Positions 22,753 through 33,448 of a DNA stretch of 64,000 nucleotides are shown here, piece after piece (the first letter of the stretch is position 1; each line of letters opens with the position of its first letter). The position numbers and the translations under genes are program-made. Under the pieces are notes generated by a model. It did no database searches and was not told the origin of the DNA. It worked only from the letters and a program-made list of their open reading frames with translations. This DNA is from a bacterium (lineage in GTDB: Bacteria; Patescibacteriota; Patescibacteriia; JBDRHN01): assembly GCA_043816765.1 (NCBI GenBank), contig JBDRHN010000023.1:17353-81352 (forward strand), written 5' to 3'.

Positions 22753-24222
22753 ATGACCATTGACGATTTACTGGAAATTGTTAAAAAAAATATTCCAAAT
22801 GCCGATCTGAATATGATTAGGCTTGCTTATGATTTCGCGGAAGAAGCCCATCGCGGACAGAAAAGAGCGAGCGGGGAAGATTATATTCAGCACTCGCTTC
22901 ACACAGCCAAAAATTTGGCGAAACTTCATTTGGATGAAACAATGGTAATAGCGGGAATATTGCATGATGTTCCCGAAGACACATCAAGAACAATAAATGA
23001 TATTAAAAAAAATTTTGGCGATGATATAGCTAATTTGGTAAATGGAATAACCAAGCTTGGGACTATTAAATACCGAGGCATTGAACGTTATATAGAAAAT
23101 TTGCGCAAAATGTTTGTAGCGGTGGCGGCAGACATTAGGGTTATCTTGATAAAATTCGCCGATCGCATTCACAATCTGCAAACCCTTTACGCGCTTCCGC
23201 GCGATAAACAACTGCGCATCGCAAGCGAAGTAATGCAAATTTACGCTCCGATTGCTAATCGTTTGGGAATGTGGGAGCTAAAAGGTCAAATGGAAGATGA
23301 AGCGTTTAAATATCTTCACCCAAAAGAATACGCCAAAATTAAAGATATTATTGATCCATACTACCAAAAAAGCGTTGATATTTTAGAAGAAATCAGAACC
23401 AAAATAGGCGAGATAAGCAAAAAAAATAATATTGAAATAAAAATTATTCAGGGCAGAGCCAAGCATTTATATAAAATTTATAAAAAACTTCAAAAGCACG
23501 ATAACGATATTAATAAAATTTATGATTTAATCGCGAATAGAATAATTGTTAATAGCATTTCTGATTGCTACGCTGTTTTGGGATTAATTCACGAGCAATG
23601 GAAACCGCTTAAGGGAAGAATTAAAGATTATATATCACAGCCAAAACCAAACGGATACCAGTCGCTTCACACAACAGTTTTCGGACCGGGAGGGCGGCCG
23701 ATTGAATTTCAGATCAGGACAAAAGAGATGCATGAAGAAGCCGAATACGGCATAGCGGCGCACTGGCATTATGACGAAACCTTTCACTCGGAAGAAGGAA
23801 CAAAATTATCCAATAAAAAATTAAGCTGGGTTAAAGAATTAACAAAATGGAAAAAAAATCTTGATGATAATAAACATTTTTTAGAAGATCTTAAATTGGA
23901 TGTATTTCAAAATAGAATTTTTGTGTTCACGCCAAAGGGGGACATTATTGATCTTGCAGAAGAGAGTACTCCTGTTGATTTTGCTTATCATATACACACA
24001 GAGATAGGGAATGGTTGCGTCGGCGCTATGATAAATAATCACATGGCGAGTCTTGATACCAAATTAAAAAGCGGCGATATGGTGGAAATTATTGTTGATA
24101 AACACAGAAAAAAACCAAGCCGCGACTGGCTTAAATTCGTTAAAAGCAATGTGGCTAAAAATCACATAAAACAAGCGACAAGAATAAAAATACCGTTTAT
24201 GGGGAAAAGGTATTTAAACTAA
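22753..24222 (+). CDS. rel: RelA/SpoT homologue (HD hydrolase, synthetase and TGS domains; no C-terminal ACT)
   Basis: LHDVPEDT, IKFADRIHN, YQSLHT, EFQIRT, VFTPKG. Confidence 0.92.
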   Translation: MTIDDLLEIVKKNIPNADLNMIRLAYDFAEEAHRGQKRASGEDYIQHSLHTAKNLAKLHLDETMVIAGILHDVPEDTSRTINDIKKNFGDDIANLVNGITKLGTIKYRGIERYIENLRKMFVAVAADIRVILIKFADRIHNLQTLYALPRDKQLRIASEVMQIYAPIANRLGMWELKGQMEDEAFKYLHPKEYAKIKDIIDPYYQKSVDILEEIRTKIGEISKKNNIEIKIIQGRAKHLYKIYKKLQKHDNDINKIYDLIANRIIVNSISDCYAVLGLIHEQWKPLKGRIKDYISQPKPNGYQSLHTTVFGPGGRPIEFQIRTKEMHEEAEYGIAAHWHYDETFHSEEGTKLSNKKLSWVKELTKWKKNLDDNKHFLEDLKLDVFQNRIFVFTPKGDIIDLAEESTPVDFAYHIHTEIGNGCVGAMINNHMASLDTKLKSGDMVEIIVDKHRKKPSRDWLKFVKSNVAKNHIKQATRIKIPFMGKRYLN

Positions 24223-24405
24223 TATAATCATTTATCTTAAATTTAATCTTGCAATAGAATACTAACTTTATAATTTCTAAATCACAAATTATAATTCCTA
24301 ATAAAATTAGGACTTCCGCATTTTTTGTTAAAATGCCAAATTATCCAAAAATTAGACATTGAACACTTGGATTTTTATTAGAAATTAGAAATTGTAATTT
24401 AGAAA

Positions 24406-25407
24406 TTATCTAAAGACCTCTTTTGCCGCTTCCCACATCGTATCATCCCCTTTCTCCTCTTTAAGCCATCCCCACCATTCAACGCCCCACAAATAAACTG
24501 AGGAAAAGCCTATTTTTCGCGCATAATTAATGTTATCTTCAAATTTTTCCAAATTCATGCTTTTAAATTGTTCTTCCATATTCATGGTTGCGGCATTTTC
24601 TTGGTTTGAATACCATGGTTCCGCTTGCAGTTCAGAGACTATCATTTTGTCCCATGAGCGAAAATTTAATCTTGATTTAAACCTATAAAAAGAGGCTGGA
24701 ATAAAAAAATAACTCCAATAGCCAATAGTCGGATTGTGCACTATGCGATAAACCGTTGTGCCTAAATAATCGCCCGATTTGGAACTTTTTAACCACAAAC
24801 TCAACTCGCCGCTATCTGTTATTAGAATCGGACGGCTGTCTAATGATTTTACAAGATCAATCTCTTTTTTTAATAATTTCGGATTAACTTTTTCGCACTC
24901 GCCAAACAGTTTTAAAAACGGTTCGTTTTCAACTTGCCACATAACAATATTTTCGTATTTGCTGTATCTTTTTACAACATCGTCAATCCATATTAAAAGT
25001 TCCGAATCTTGATCTTCTTGTTCCATTGAATTGAGCCATTGCGGGCGATGGCATTCCGGCCATCTTGGAAGTCTTTGCCCGACGACAAAAACCGCCTCAA
25101 CGCCCGCTTTTTGCGCTTGTTCCATCATCCAATCATAATCGTCAAAATTATAAATATCTTTTTCTTTCTCAACATCATCCCAATATATCGGCAAGCGAAC
25201 TGCTTTTACACCCAAATCGTTTATCATATCATTAAATAATTTCCGCCAATCCAAACCCAATTCAACGGCATAAGGCTTGCTAAAAGCGACTCCCCATTTT
25301 ATATTTTTTTTGCTATCATGGCCGATGCGAACAATTGGTTCGTATATAATCAAAATTATTACAACTGCGACGGCGATTATTTTATATAACTTTTTTTTGT
25401 TTGCCAT
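24406..25407 (-). CDS. Membrane-anchored clan GH-A glycoside hydrolase (GH5/GH42-like)
   Basis: N-terminal TM; VRLPIYW, RWPEC, WQVENEP (acid/base), SELQAEPW (nucleophile), LWGVEWW. Confidence 0.75.
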   Translation of the reverse strand: MANKKKLYKIIAVAVVIILIIYEPIVRIGHDSKKNIKWGVAFSKPYAVELGLDWRKLFNDMINDLGVKAVRLPIYWDDVEKEKDIYNFDDYDWMMEQAQKAGVEAVFVVGQRLPRWPECHRPQWLNSMEQEDQDSELLIWIDDVVKRYSKYENIVMWQVENEPFLKLFGECEKVNPKLLKKEIDLVKSLDSRPILITDSGELSLWLKSSKSGDYLGTTVYRIVHNPTIGYWSYFFIPASFYRFKSRLNFRSWDKMIVSELQAEPWYSNQENAATMNMEEQFKSMNLEKFEDNINYARKIGFSSVYLWGVEWWGWLKEEKGDDTMWEAAKEVFR

Positions 25408-25495
25408 ATATGAAATGCTTTGAATAATAATGGCGCATTGCGAAGATAAAAGGCTGGTTTGCTGGTGCTAACCGTTCAATGTCATTTTAACATTC

Positions 25496-25660
25496 TTACA
25501 ATGAAGTCTGTCCGTATTTTTCCACGACTTCCCACGCCATTTCAAACATTGCTTTTTGAATATTCGCAAAAAACTGGCTTGTGATCATAATGCCCATTCT
25601 GTTGGGCTTTTGTGGCAGGACTATTACTACTTTGTCTTCATAAATATTTATCTCGCAATT
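25496..25660 (-). pseudogene. 3' remnant resembling a TrmB-family regulator C-terminus
   Basis: Hand translation NCEINIYEDKVVIV...GIMITSQFFANIQKAMFEMAWE; no HTH part. Confidence 0.5.
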
Positions 25661-25769
25661 AAATAGATAATTAATTTTTTAAATCATCATCATTATACTC
25701 CAAACACCAATGTTTGGCAAAAAATCAACACTCTTGACATATTTTTTAGTTATGTTATCCTATACATAT

Positions 25770-26342
25770 ATGCACAAGATAAACAAACTAAATACTGATA
25801 AAATGGCTAATATAGCCCAAATAGGTGAAATTATGTTTCATGCCAAAGATTTGGCTGGTTTGTGGCGAATAGAAAATACAAATACTTTATATAATACAAT
25901 AGCAAGGTATGTGAAAAAAGGGGCATTATTTAGAATTTACAAAGGATTTTATTCCATAAAACCTATTGATGAAATTGACCCTTTTGTACTGGGAACCAAA
26001 GCCATTCATAAATATTGCTATATAAGCGCGGAAACTGTTTTGACAAACAAAGGGATTATTCAACAAAATATTGATCAAATTACTTTTATGGCAAGCAAGA
26101 CAAAAAAATTAAAAATAGGCGATAATAATTATTATGTGAGACAGCTTGATGAAAAATATTTATATAACTCGGAGGGGATAAACGCTAAAGATAATTTCAA
26201 AATAGCTTCATTGGAGCGAGCTGTTGCTGATATGCTTTATTTTAATCCAAAAACTTTTTTTGATGCTAAGAATTTAATTAACTGGCAAAAAATGAGGGCT
26301 ATCCAAAAAAAAATCGGATACCCTTTGACCGATAGACAATAA
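25770..26342 (+). CDS. AbiEi-like type IV TA antitoxin
   Basis: RYVKKGALFRIYKGFY, YISAETVL, IASLERAVADMLY; upstream of AbiEii; start uncertain. Confidence 0.8.
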   Translation: MHKINKLNTDKMANIAQIGEIMFHAKDLAGLWRIENTNTLYNTIARYVKKGALFRIYKGFYSIKPIDEIDPFVLGTKAIHKYCYISAETVLTNKGIIQQNIDQITFMASKTKKLKIGDNNYYVRQLDEKYLYNSEGINAKDNFKIASLERAVADMLYFNPKTFFDAKNLINWQKMRAIQKKIGYPLTDRQ

Positions 26343-26347
26343 ATGAT

Positions 26348-27136
26348 ATGATTATATCAAACTCAAAAGATGCAATTCATAAAGCATGGCTTTTCCGCTT
26401 GCTTAACGCAATTTATGATAATGCGTTTTTAGCTAATAATTTATATTTTAAGGGCGGAACTTGCGCGGCTATGCTTGGATATTTAGATCGGTTTTCAATT
26501 GATTTGGATTTTGATTTGGCTGCTGAAAACAAATCCCCCCAACCCCCCTTTGCGAGAGGGGGAAATATTGAAAAAAATTTGGAAATAATATTTAAAAAAT
26601 TGGGGCTTTCTATCAAAGACAGAAGCCAAAAAGCGCCTCAATATTTTTTAAAATATCCAAGAAAAGAAAACGAGAGAAATACAATTAAAATAGATATTAC
26701 AACAGATGCGCCAAAATCCAATATTTATAAACCAATGATTTTTAAAGATATTGATAGAATTATAAATTGCCAAACCATAGAAACGATGTTTGCAAATAAA
26801 TTGGTTGCGCTTATTGATAGGTTTGAAAAAAATGGATCTATCGCAGGACGTGGTTTATATGATATTCATCATTTTTTTATCAAAGGTTTTAGATATAACA
26901 AAGAGGTAATTATTGAAAGAAGAAAAAAAGATTTGATTTCTTTTTTTGATGAGTTGATTTTATTTATAGAAAAAAATATAAATGAAACTGTTATAAATCA
27001 GGATTTGAATTATCTTTTGCCAAATGATAAATTTCAGGCGATACGAAAAGTTTTAAAAAATGAAACAAAAATGTTTTTAGAAGACGAGATGGGGATATGC
27101 GAAAAAAAATTAATACCAATGTCTAATGCGGCATAA
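26348..27136 (+). CDS. AbiEii-like nucleotidyltransferase toxin
   Basis: YFKGGT, RFSIDLDF, FANKLVAL; contains an in-frame palindromic insertion. Confidence 0.85.
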   Translation: MIISNSKDAIHKAWLFRLLNAIYDNAFLANNLYFKGGTCAAMLGYLDRFSIDLDFDLAAENKSPQPPFARGGNIEKNLEIIFKKLGLSIKDRSQKAPQYFLKYPRKENERNTIKIDITTDAPKSNIYKPMIFKDIDRIINCQTIETMFANKLVALIDRFEKNGSIAGRGLYDIHHFFIKGFRYNKEVIIERRKKDLISFFDELILFIEKNINETVINQDLNYLLPNDKFQAIRKVLKNETKMFLEDEMGICEKKLIPMSNAA

Positions 27137-27143
27137 TAAAAAT

Positions 27144-29990
27144 ATGAACAAATATCATTTCTCATACCTCGGCGCGCAGAGAAATTCTCGACGAAAAAGC
27201 CGCAAAAAAAGCCGCAACTGGCTAAAAACAATATTGCTGGGGTTTTTTGTTTTATTTGTTGCAGGGTTTACCATCGGCGGGACTGTTATTTTAATTATAT
27301 TTAACAATGTGGCAAAAGACATGCCAAACCCGGAGCAACTTTCTGTCCGCGAAGTGGCGCAAAGCACTAAAATTTATGACAGAACTGGAAAAAATTTGCT
27401 TTATGAAATTCACGGGGAAGAGAAAAGAACATTGATAAAAATTGAAGAGATTCCAAAAACAGTTATACTCGCAACTATCAGCGCGGAAGACAGAAGTTTT
27501 TATCAACATCAAGGAATTAATTTTCGCGGTTTATTGCGGGCTGTTTATAATGATATTTTTCATGGCAAATTTGAAGGCGGCTCAAGCATTACACAACAGC
27601 TGGTAACTAATACTTTGCTTTCGCGCGGCACAACTAGTTGGCAAAAAATACAAAGAAAATTCCGCGAATGGATTTTGGCTTATCAAATTGAACAAAAATA
27701 TTCAAAGGAAAAAATCCTGCAAATGTATCTGAATGAAATTCCTTTTGGCTCCAACGCTTACGGAATAGAGGCGGCGACTAGGACTTTTTTTGGAAAATCG
27801 GCTAAAGATGTAACGATTGCCGAAGCCGCCCTGCTCGCGGCTTTGCCGAATAAGCCAAGCCGATATTCTCCTTATGGGAGCTATCAAGACGAAATGTATG
27901 ACAGACAAAAATGGATACTTCAGGAGATGAGAGATCAAAAATATATTACGCAAGAAGAGTATGATCAGGCGATAAAGCAAGAATTGATTTTTCGCCCTAA
28001 TATAAGCAATATCACGGCTCCGCATTTTGTTATGTTTGTAAAAGAATATTTATCTCAAAAATACGGGGAGCAATTGCTTGAGCGCGGAGGATTAAAAATT
28101 ACAACTACATTAGACTTATATCAACAACAAATCGCGGAAAAAATAATTACTGAAAAAACTGAAAATTATCAAAAAAAATATAACGCGAGCAATGCGGCGC
28201 TCTTGGCTTTGGACACAAAAACAGGACAAATATTGGCGATGGTTGGGTCAAGGAATTATTATGATGATGACATTGACGGACAAGTTAATGTTACCTTGCG
28301 TCCGCGTCAGCCCGGTTCGTCTTTCAAACCGATTGTTTACGTCGCCGCTTTTCAAAAAGGCTATACTCCTGATACAACTCTTTTTGACGTTGTAACAACT
28401 TTTAAATCTTATCCAAAAGACTATACTCCGCATAACTATGACGGCGGCGAGCATGGACCCGTAACAATACGCAAGGCGTTGCAGGGATCTTTAAATATCC
28501 CCGCGGTGAAGGCTATTTATCTGACAGGAATTGATAAGGTTTTAGATTTTGCTGATACGTTGGAATATTCAACCCTGAAAGACCGCAGTCGTTTTGGTTT
28601 ATCGCTAGTGCTTGGCGGCGGCGAGGTTGAAATGATTGAACATCTGGATGCGTTCGCGACTTTCGCGCGCGAAGGAATTTGGAAACCTGTTGCTTCTATT
28701 TTGAAAGTGGAAGATGCGAATGGAAATATTTTAGAAGAGTTTCAACTAAAAGAAAAAAAGAAATTTGACGCGCAGATTGGCAGACTTATTAATGATGTTT
28801 TATCTGACAATAATGCTCGCGCTTACGTTTTTGGAGTTAATAATAATCTAAACTTGGGAGATAGACCTGTTTGCGCTAAAACTGGAACTACCAATGATTA
28901 CCGAGACGGATGGACGTTTGGATATACGCCGTCGCTGGCGGTGGGTGTGTGGGTTGGAAATAATGATTTCACGCCAATGAAAGATGGCGCGTCAGGCGGA
29001 ACAATAGCGGCGCCGATTTGGCGCGAATTTATGAAAACCGTTTTGGGAAATACTCCGATTGAAGTTTTCAAAAAACCGGATCCGATTGAAACAACAAAGC
29101 CGGTTTTGAATGGCGAATATAGAGTGCCTTATGTTGTAAAAATTAATAAACTATCCGGCAAATTGGCTGCTGAAAATACTCCTCCTGAATACGTTGAAGA
29201 AAAAACTTTTTATCAATTTCATAACATTTTATATTATCTTGACAAAGATGATCCGCGAGGCGATGGCAATAGCATAGCTGACGAACAGTTTACGAACTGG
29301 GAAAATGCCGTTCAGCAGTGGGTGAAAAAACAAGCGGAAAAAAACGTCAACGAAGACGAGGAGAATCCGTATATAATAGAACTCCCTCCGCAAGAACAGG
29401 ATAATACTCAAGCCGCAAAAAAACCGATTGTAAATTTTACTAGTCCGAACAATAATTCAACAATAACCGATAGAGATTTTAAAGCAAATATCAGCTATTC
29501 AATTTTCGTTGGGGAACAACCTAAAAAAGTGAGATATTACCTTGATGAAAAATTGCTTAAAATTATTACCATGCTTCCTTTTACTGATTTTGATTATAAT
29601 TTCGCTGAAACGACAAACGGATTTCATACGCTTCGGGTTGAACTTTACGATGAGGCGGGAAATTATGGCGAGGATGAAAGGACTTTAAATCTGCTTTTCA
29701 ATGCTGAGCCGATTAATGTGAGCTGGGTAAGCCCTCTTTCCAGCAGCTCTTTTCCGATTTCTAATTTACCGACTTCTTTGAATATTAAAATTTCAAATTA
29801 CAACCAAGCCAACAAGATTGAATTTTATTCTAACGAGAGGTTGGTTGAAACAATAACTGATATTACCTCTGAAGATATTTCTGTATCGTGGGAAGAGAGT
29901 GATGTGGGGTCGTATGAGCTTTATGTTAAGGTGTATGGTAAGCAGGGGGAAGTTTATGAGAGCGGAAAGGCGGGGATTGTGTTGAGGTAA
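27144..29990 (+). CDS. Class A penicillin-binding protein (PBP1A-like) with C-terminal Ig-like domains
   Basis: EDRSFYQH, GGSSITQQL, YLNEI, SSFK, SLN, KTGT. Confidence 0.93.
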   Translation: MNKYHFSYLGAQRNSRRKSRKKSRNWLKTILLGFFVLFVAGFTIGGTVILIIFNNVAKDMPNPEQLSVREVAQSTKIYDRTGKNLLYEIHGEEKRTLIKIEEIPKTVILATISAEDRSFYQHQGINFRGLLRAVYNDIFHGKFEGGSSITQQLVTNTLLSRGTTSWQKIQRKFREWILAYQIEQKYSKEKILQMYLNEIPFGSNAYGIEAATRTFFGKSAKDVTIAEAALLAALPNKPSRYSPYGSYQDEMYDRQKWILQEMRDQKYITQEEYDQAIKQELIFRPNISNITAPHFVMFVKEYLSQKYGEQLLERGGLKITTTLDLYQQQIAEKIITEKTENYQKKYNASNAALLALDTKTGQILAMVGSRNYYDDDIDGQVNVTLRPRQPGSSFKPIVYVAAFQKGYTPDTTLFDVVTTFKSYPKDYTPHNYDGGEHGPVTIRKALQGSLNIPAVKAIYLTGIDKVLDFADTLEYSTLKDRSRFGLSLVLGGGEVEMIEHLDAFATFAREGIWKPVASILKVEDANGNILEEFQLKEKKKFDAQIGRLINDVLSDNNARAYVFGVNNNLNLGDRPVCAKTGTTNDYRDGWTFGYTPSLAVGVWVGNNDFTPMKDGASGGTIAAPIWREFMKTVLGNTPIEVFKKPDPIETTKPVLNGEYRVPYVVKINKLSGKLAAENTPPEYVEEKTFYQFHNILYYLDKDDPRGDGNSIADEQFTNWENAVQQWVKKQAEKNVNEDEENPYIIELPPQEQDNTQAAKKPIVNFTSPNNNSTITDRDFKANISYSIFVGEQPKKVRYYLDEKLLKIITMLPFTDFDYNFAETTNGFHTLRVELYDEAGNYGEDERTLNLLFNAEPINVSWVSPLSSSSFPISNLPTSLNIKISNYNQANKIEFYSNERLVETITDITSEDISVSWEESDVGSYELYVKVYGKQGEVYESGKAGIVLR

Positions 29991-30057
29991 AATTTTTTAG
30001 CTCCTCCTGAACTATTTTAGCCGCTTTAAGCATATTTATAATTTATAATTTAGAACT

Positions 30058-31230
30058 TCACCTCGTGTCCTCTATCCTCCCAACAACAAACAAACCCGCC
30101 AGCATAAAAATTCCCAAAAATAAAAATAAATATTGAAGGGGATAAAATGCTAAAACAATAGACGCGATGAGCGGGGTAATAATATATCCGATCGGGCGCA
30201 TAAGGCGAAAAAAATTAATCAGGTCAATATCCCGCGCGTCAATCTGTTTATAAAAATAGCTTTCATCCATAACTTGAATCAACGAAATTCCTATCCTGTT
30301 GGCAAATAAAGCGACCGCCCATATCCAAACAACCGCTGAATTAATAAAGAAAATCAAACATGTGGTAATTCCGGCGAGAAGAAAGCCGAGCATTAGAATC
30401 TCTTTTTCTCCGCATTTGTTATCAGCCAACCATCCGGCGGGGTATTGGAAGATTACAAACGCGCTAAGCATGATTGTAAAAACCAAACCGATTTGCGTCC
30501 AATCCATTCCAATTTGACGCAAGTAGAGCGGCATATAAATTATCATAAAAGCGAAAAATATTTCCAGCCAAAGACTGCCAAGTATTATTTGAGATAAATT
30601 TTTATCTCTTTTTATTTTTCTAAAACTTTCCAAAAATTTTATTTTAGAATGATCATGGTCATAGTCCCCTTTCAGCCTTAGAAATACAGCAAAAGAAATA
30701 AATACCAAAATTCCCGCTATTAAAAACAGCAGATTGAAACCATAAGCGGCAAGTAAATATCCCGCGATAATAGGCGCGGCAACCCAAGCTAAATTTCTGA
30801 CCGTGAGCTGTTTGCCTTTTATGCTTCCCGTAGATTCATCGCACGAAAAAGTTTCAGTAAAAATATCAATGCCTATATATATGATAAATAATGTAACGAT
30901 GTAAAATAAAAAAAATAAAATCGCCAACGCTTTTTGTTTTACTGTCGCCAGTCCGACCAAGCTCAAAAGATGGATTAAAAAGAAAACAAAAAACAGTTTA
31001 TATCGTCCGAATTTCGCAACCCACGTAGAAAGCTTGAATATTAATATCGCGGATATAATATTTCCAAATACAAAAATATATCCTAAATATCTTATATCTA
31101 TATATTGTTCCAAAAAAGATGACGTGATATAGGCGAGCAGAGCGGCTTCAAGCGCTATAAAAAATGCGATTGAAATTATTGTGTTTAGTTTTTGAGAGTT
31201 TAATTGTTCAAGGTGTTTCTTTTTGGGCAT
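30058..31230 (-). CDS. MFS transporter
   Basis: About 12 hydrophobic segments; KFGR and GWLADNKCGEK loops. Confidence 0.88.
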   Translation of the reverse strand: MPKKKHLEQLNSQKLNTIISIAFFIALEAALLAYITSSFLEQYIDIRYLGYIFVFGNIISAILIFKLSTWVAKFGRYKLFFVFFLIHLLSLVGLATVKQKALAILFFLFYIVTLFIIYIGIDIFTETFSCDESTGSIKGKQLTVRNLAWVAAPIIAGYLLAAYGFNLLFLIAGILVFISFAVFLRLKGDYDHDHSKIKFLESFRKIKRDKNLSQIILGSLWLEIFFAFMIIYMPLYLRQIGMDWTQIGLVFTIMLSAFVIFQYPAGWLADNKCGEKEILMLGFLLAGITTCLIFFINSAVVWIWAVALFANRIGISLIQVMDESYFYKQIDARDIDLINFFRLMRPIGYIITPLIASIVLAFYPLQYLFLFLGIFMLAGLFVVGRIEDTR

Positions 31231-31343
31231 GGAAAATTGGTGTTAGTTGTTAATTATTTTTTATTATAAAAACATGAATCAATCTAATTTTTGGCTTTAT
31301 AAATAATAAAAATTGTTAGTGTTAAGAATTGGTTTCGGTGTAT

Positions 31344-31877
31344 TTATTTAAAATAAACTCCTGCATACATTGCACTTTCCAAAATCATAATAACCAAATA
31401 ATACTTTTCCATTAACTCAAGGGATGAGACAATATGTTTATACTTTATGTCTTCGCTTAAAGAGTTTATGATTACCTTGGAAACCAAATGCTCTTCATCG
31501 CCTATTTTTTCAATTATTGCCTCGGAGGCAGTAAAAGCAAGCTTTATATAATAAACATCTTGACTTGGATATTTACAAAAACCGTTGCCAAAATAATATC
31601 CACTTTCTCTGGGGTTGCTGTTGAAAGAACTTATTCCTGAATCATACCTAAATGGACTAATTTTTTTATTAAAATTACCCATTATATCATCAATTTCAAA
31701 CTCAAAAGTCTTCATAAATTCACGAATTATCTCATCGTTTACCTTTAATTCAGCAAACAAAGAGACACATTGGGATATCCAATCAAGCAACTCCTTCTCC
31801 TGAAAAACTGTCTTATTGTCAATAAACTGTTTAAGTGCTTCTGCTCTTTTTTTGTACTCTTGTGATTTTAAATTCAT
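31344..31877 (-). CDS. Hypothetical protein, possibly truncated
   Basis: 177-aa ORF with no recognised motif. Confidence 0.5.
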   Translation of the reverse strand: MNLKSQEYKKRAEALKQFIDNKTVFQEKELLDWISQCVSLFAELKVNDEIIREFMKTFEFEIDDIMGNFNKKISPFRYDSGISSFNSNPRESGYYFGNGFCKYPSQDVYYIKLAFTASEAIIEKIGDEEHLVSKVIINSLSEDIKYKHIVSSLELMEKYYLVIMILESAMYAGVYFK

Positions 31878-31938
31878 ATTTTATTTTTATACTCTTCCTT
31901 CAAAATAGTAAATAGGAGAGGATGGGTGGTGAATTTTT

Positions 31939-32073
31939 TTGACAATGTGGATAAAATTTGCTATATTAAAAATACAAAAACCTGTATCCTGAACTGTCAC
32001 CGGATGGTGGCGTGGCTGGGACTCCCAGCATAGGGACGTGGTTGGGAAAAGCCCTTTTTTAGGGCGTTTTTTT
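31939..32073 (+). ncRNA. Candidate small structured RNA with its own promoter and terminator (unit A)
   Basis: TTGACA-17-TATATT with TG extension, GC-rich stems GTCACC/GGTGGC and GCTGGG/CCCAGC, terminator GCCCT/AGGGC plus T-run; no ORF. Confidence 0.55.
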
Positions 32074-32163
32074 GCTATTTAAACGCCACTCATTTTCAAT
32101 GCGATTTTTAATAATTTCTTTGTAAATTTAGGACTTTCGCATTTGAATAAAAACATCACCATC

Positions 32164-32410
32164 TGTCATTCCAGAAAATTTTTTCCCACGGCATTTAACA
32201 ATAGTATTTTGCTCTGCTTAGAATGATATTAACAAAAACTTGGTTAAACTCACTGAAAAAATTTATCTGGAATCCAGGAGGCATTGCAATAACTCCTGGA
32301 TTCCAAATAAATTTTTTAATCTTATTGTTCTGGCTATTATTAAATAAAAAATATTATTTTATTTTAATTTGTTTTAATCAGCGCCGTGGAAAAAATTTTT
32401 TGGAATGACA
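32164..32410. mobile_element. 247-bp TGTCATTCC...GGAATGACA MITE-like element (copy 1)
   Basis: Long terminal inverted repeats plus internal GGAATCCAGG/CCTGGATTCC hairpin; homologous to 54666-54911 in inverted orientation. Confidence 0.8.
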
Positions 32411-32442
32411 CCTTTTTATTCGCAAACGCAAAAATCCTAAAG

Positions 32443-33444
32443 CTATAACGTCGTAATCGGCCTTGACTGCGTGATATAAAATTTACCTTTTGAAAAAGCC
32501 CATTCAATGTCTTGCGGTTTTTTGTAATGCTTTTCAATTTGACAGCAAATTTTGGACAGTTCAATTATTTGCTTGTTATTTAATTTCTGTTTTTCTTGTT
32601 TTGATTTTGAAACAGGTTGCCACACAATTCCTGAACTGGTTGAATTTTTGCGAACCAACATTTTTTCTTGCTCTGCAATATTTATATCTAAAATTTCAAA
32701 TTCTCCATCGTAGAGACGAGGCACTGCCTCGTCTCTATACTTGTTCACAATATAACTGTCCGGCGTTATCTGTCCTGAAACTATCGCCTCTCCCAGTCCG
32801 TATCCGGCTTCAATGATCATCTGATTTTTATCTTTTGTGATGGGGTGAACAGTGAAACAGACCCCTGATATTTCTGACTGGATCATTTTCTGAACCACAA
32901 CGGCAACGCCGATTTTTTGGTCAACTAAATTTTTTTCATAACGGTAAAAAATCGCTCTTGAGGTATAAAGCGATGACCAGCATTTCTTAACGTTTTTTAA
33001 AAGCGTTTTTTTTGTTGTGTTTAAATATGTTTCCAGCTCCCCGGCCCATGACGCTACTATTGAATCTTCTGCTGTGGCTGAACTGCGCACCGCCACAGAT
33101 TTTGCTTTAAGTTTTTTAAATTCCGCGTTAATTTCGTTAATTAAAACTTTCTGAATTTTGGTGTCGTTTATAATATCGCGAATAATATTAGACGCGCGGT
33201 CAATGGAATTTATGTCATCAAAATTTATTTGAGATAATTGGGCTTTTATTTCCAGCCCGACTTCCGCTGTCTCCGCGCGCGATCTCGCGCTTAAAAAATA
33301 ATCAAATGCGTCGGCTAAAATAACAAAACCATTCGGAACCGGAATTTTTACGTTAATCATTTCTCCGAGCGACGCGCCTTTCCCGCCGGCGGTTTTAATG
33401 TCTCTTGCGGAGATTTTTGAGAATGGGGAGGTGAATTTTGGCAT
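32443..33444 (-). CDS. Stand-alone PEP synthase/PPDK N-terminal ATP-grasp domain protein
   Basis: AGGKGASLGEM, VAVRSSATAED, DIEWA, QSRPITTL; no His or pyruvate domain. Confidence 0.9.
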   Translation of the reverse strand: MPKFTSPFSKISARDIKTAGGKGASLGEMINVKIPVPNGFVILADAFDYFLSARSRAETAEVGLEIKAQLSQINFDDINSIDRASNIIRDIINDTKIQKVLINEINAEFKKLKAKSVAVRSSATAEDSIVASWAGELETYLNTTKKTLLKNVKKCWSSLYTSRAIFYRYEKNLVDQKIGVAVVVQKMIQSEISGVCFTVHPITKDKNQMIIEAGYGLGEAIVSGQITPDSYIVNKYRDEAVPRLYDGEFEILDINIAEQEKMLVRKNSTSSGIVWQPVSKSKQEKQKLNNKQIIELSKICCQIEKHYKKPQDIEWAFSKGKFYITQSRPITTL

Positions 33445-33448
33445 AGTT

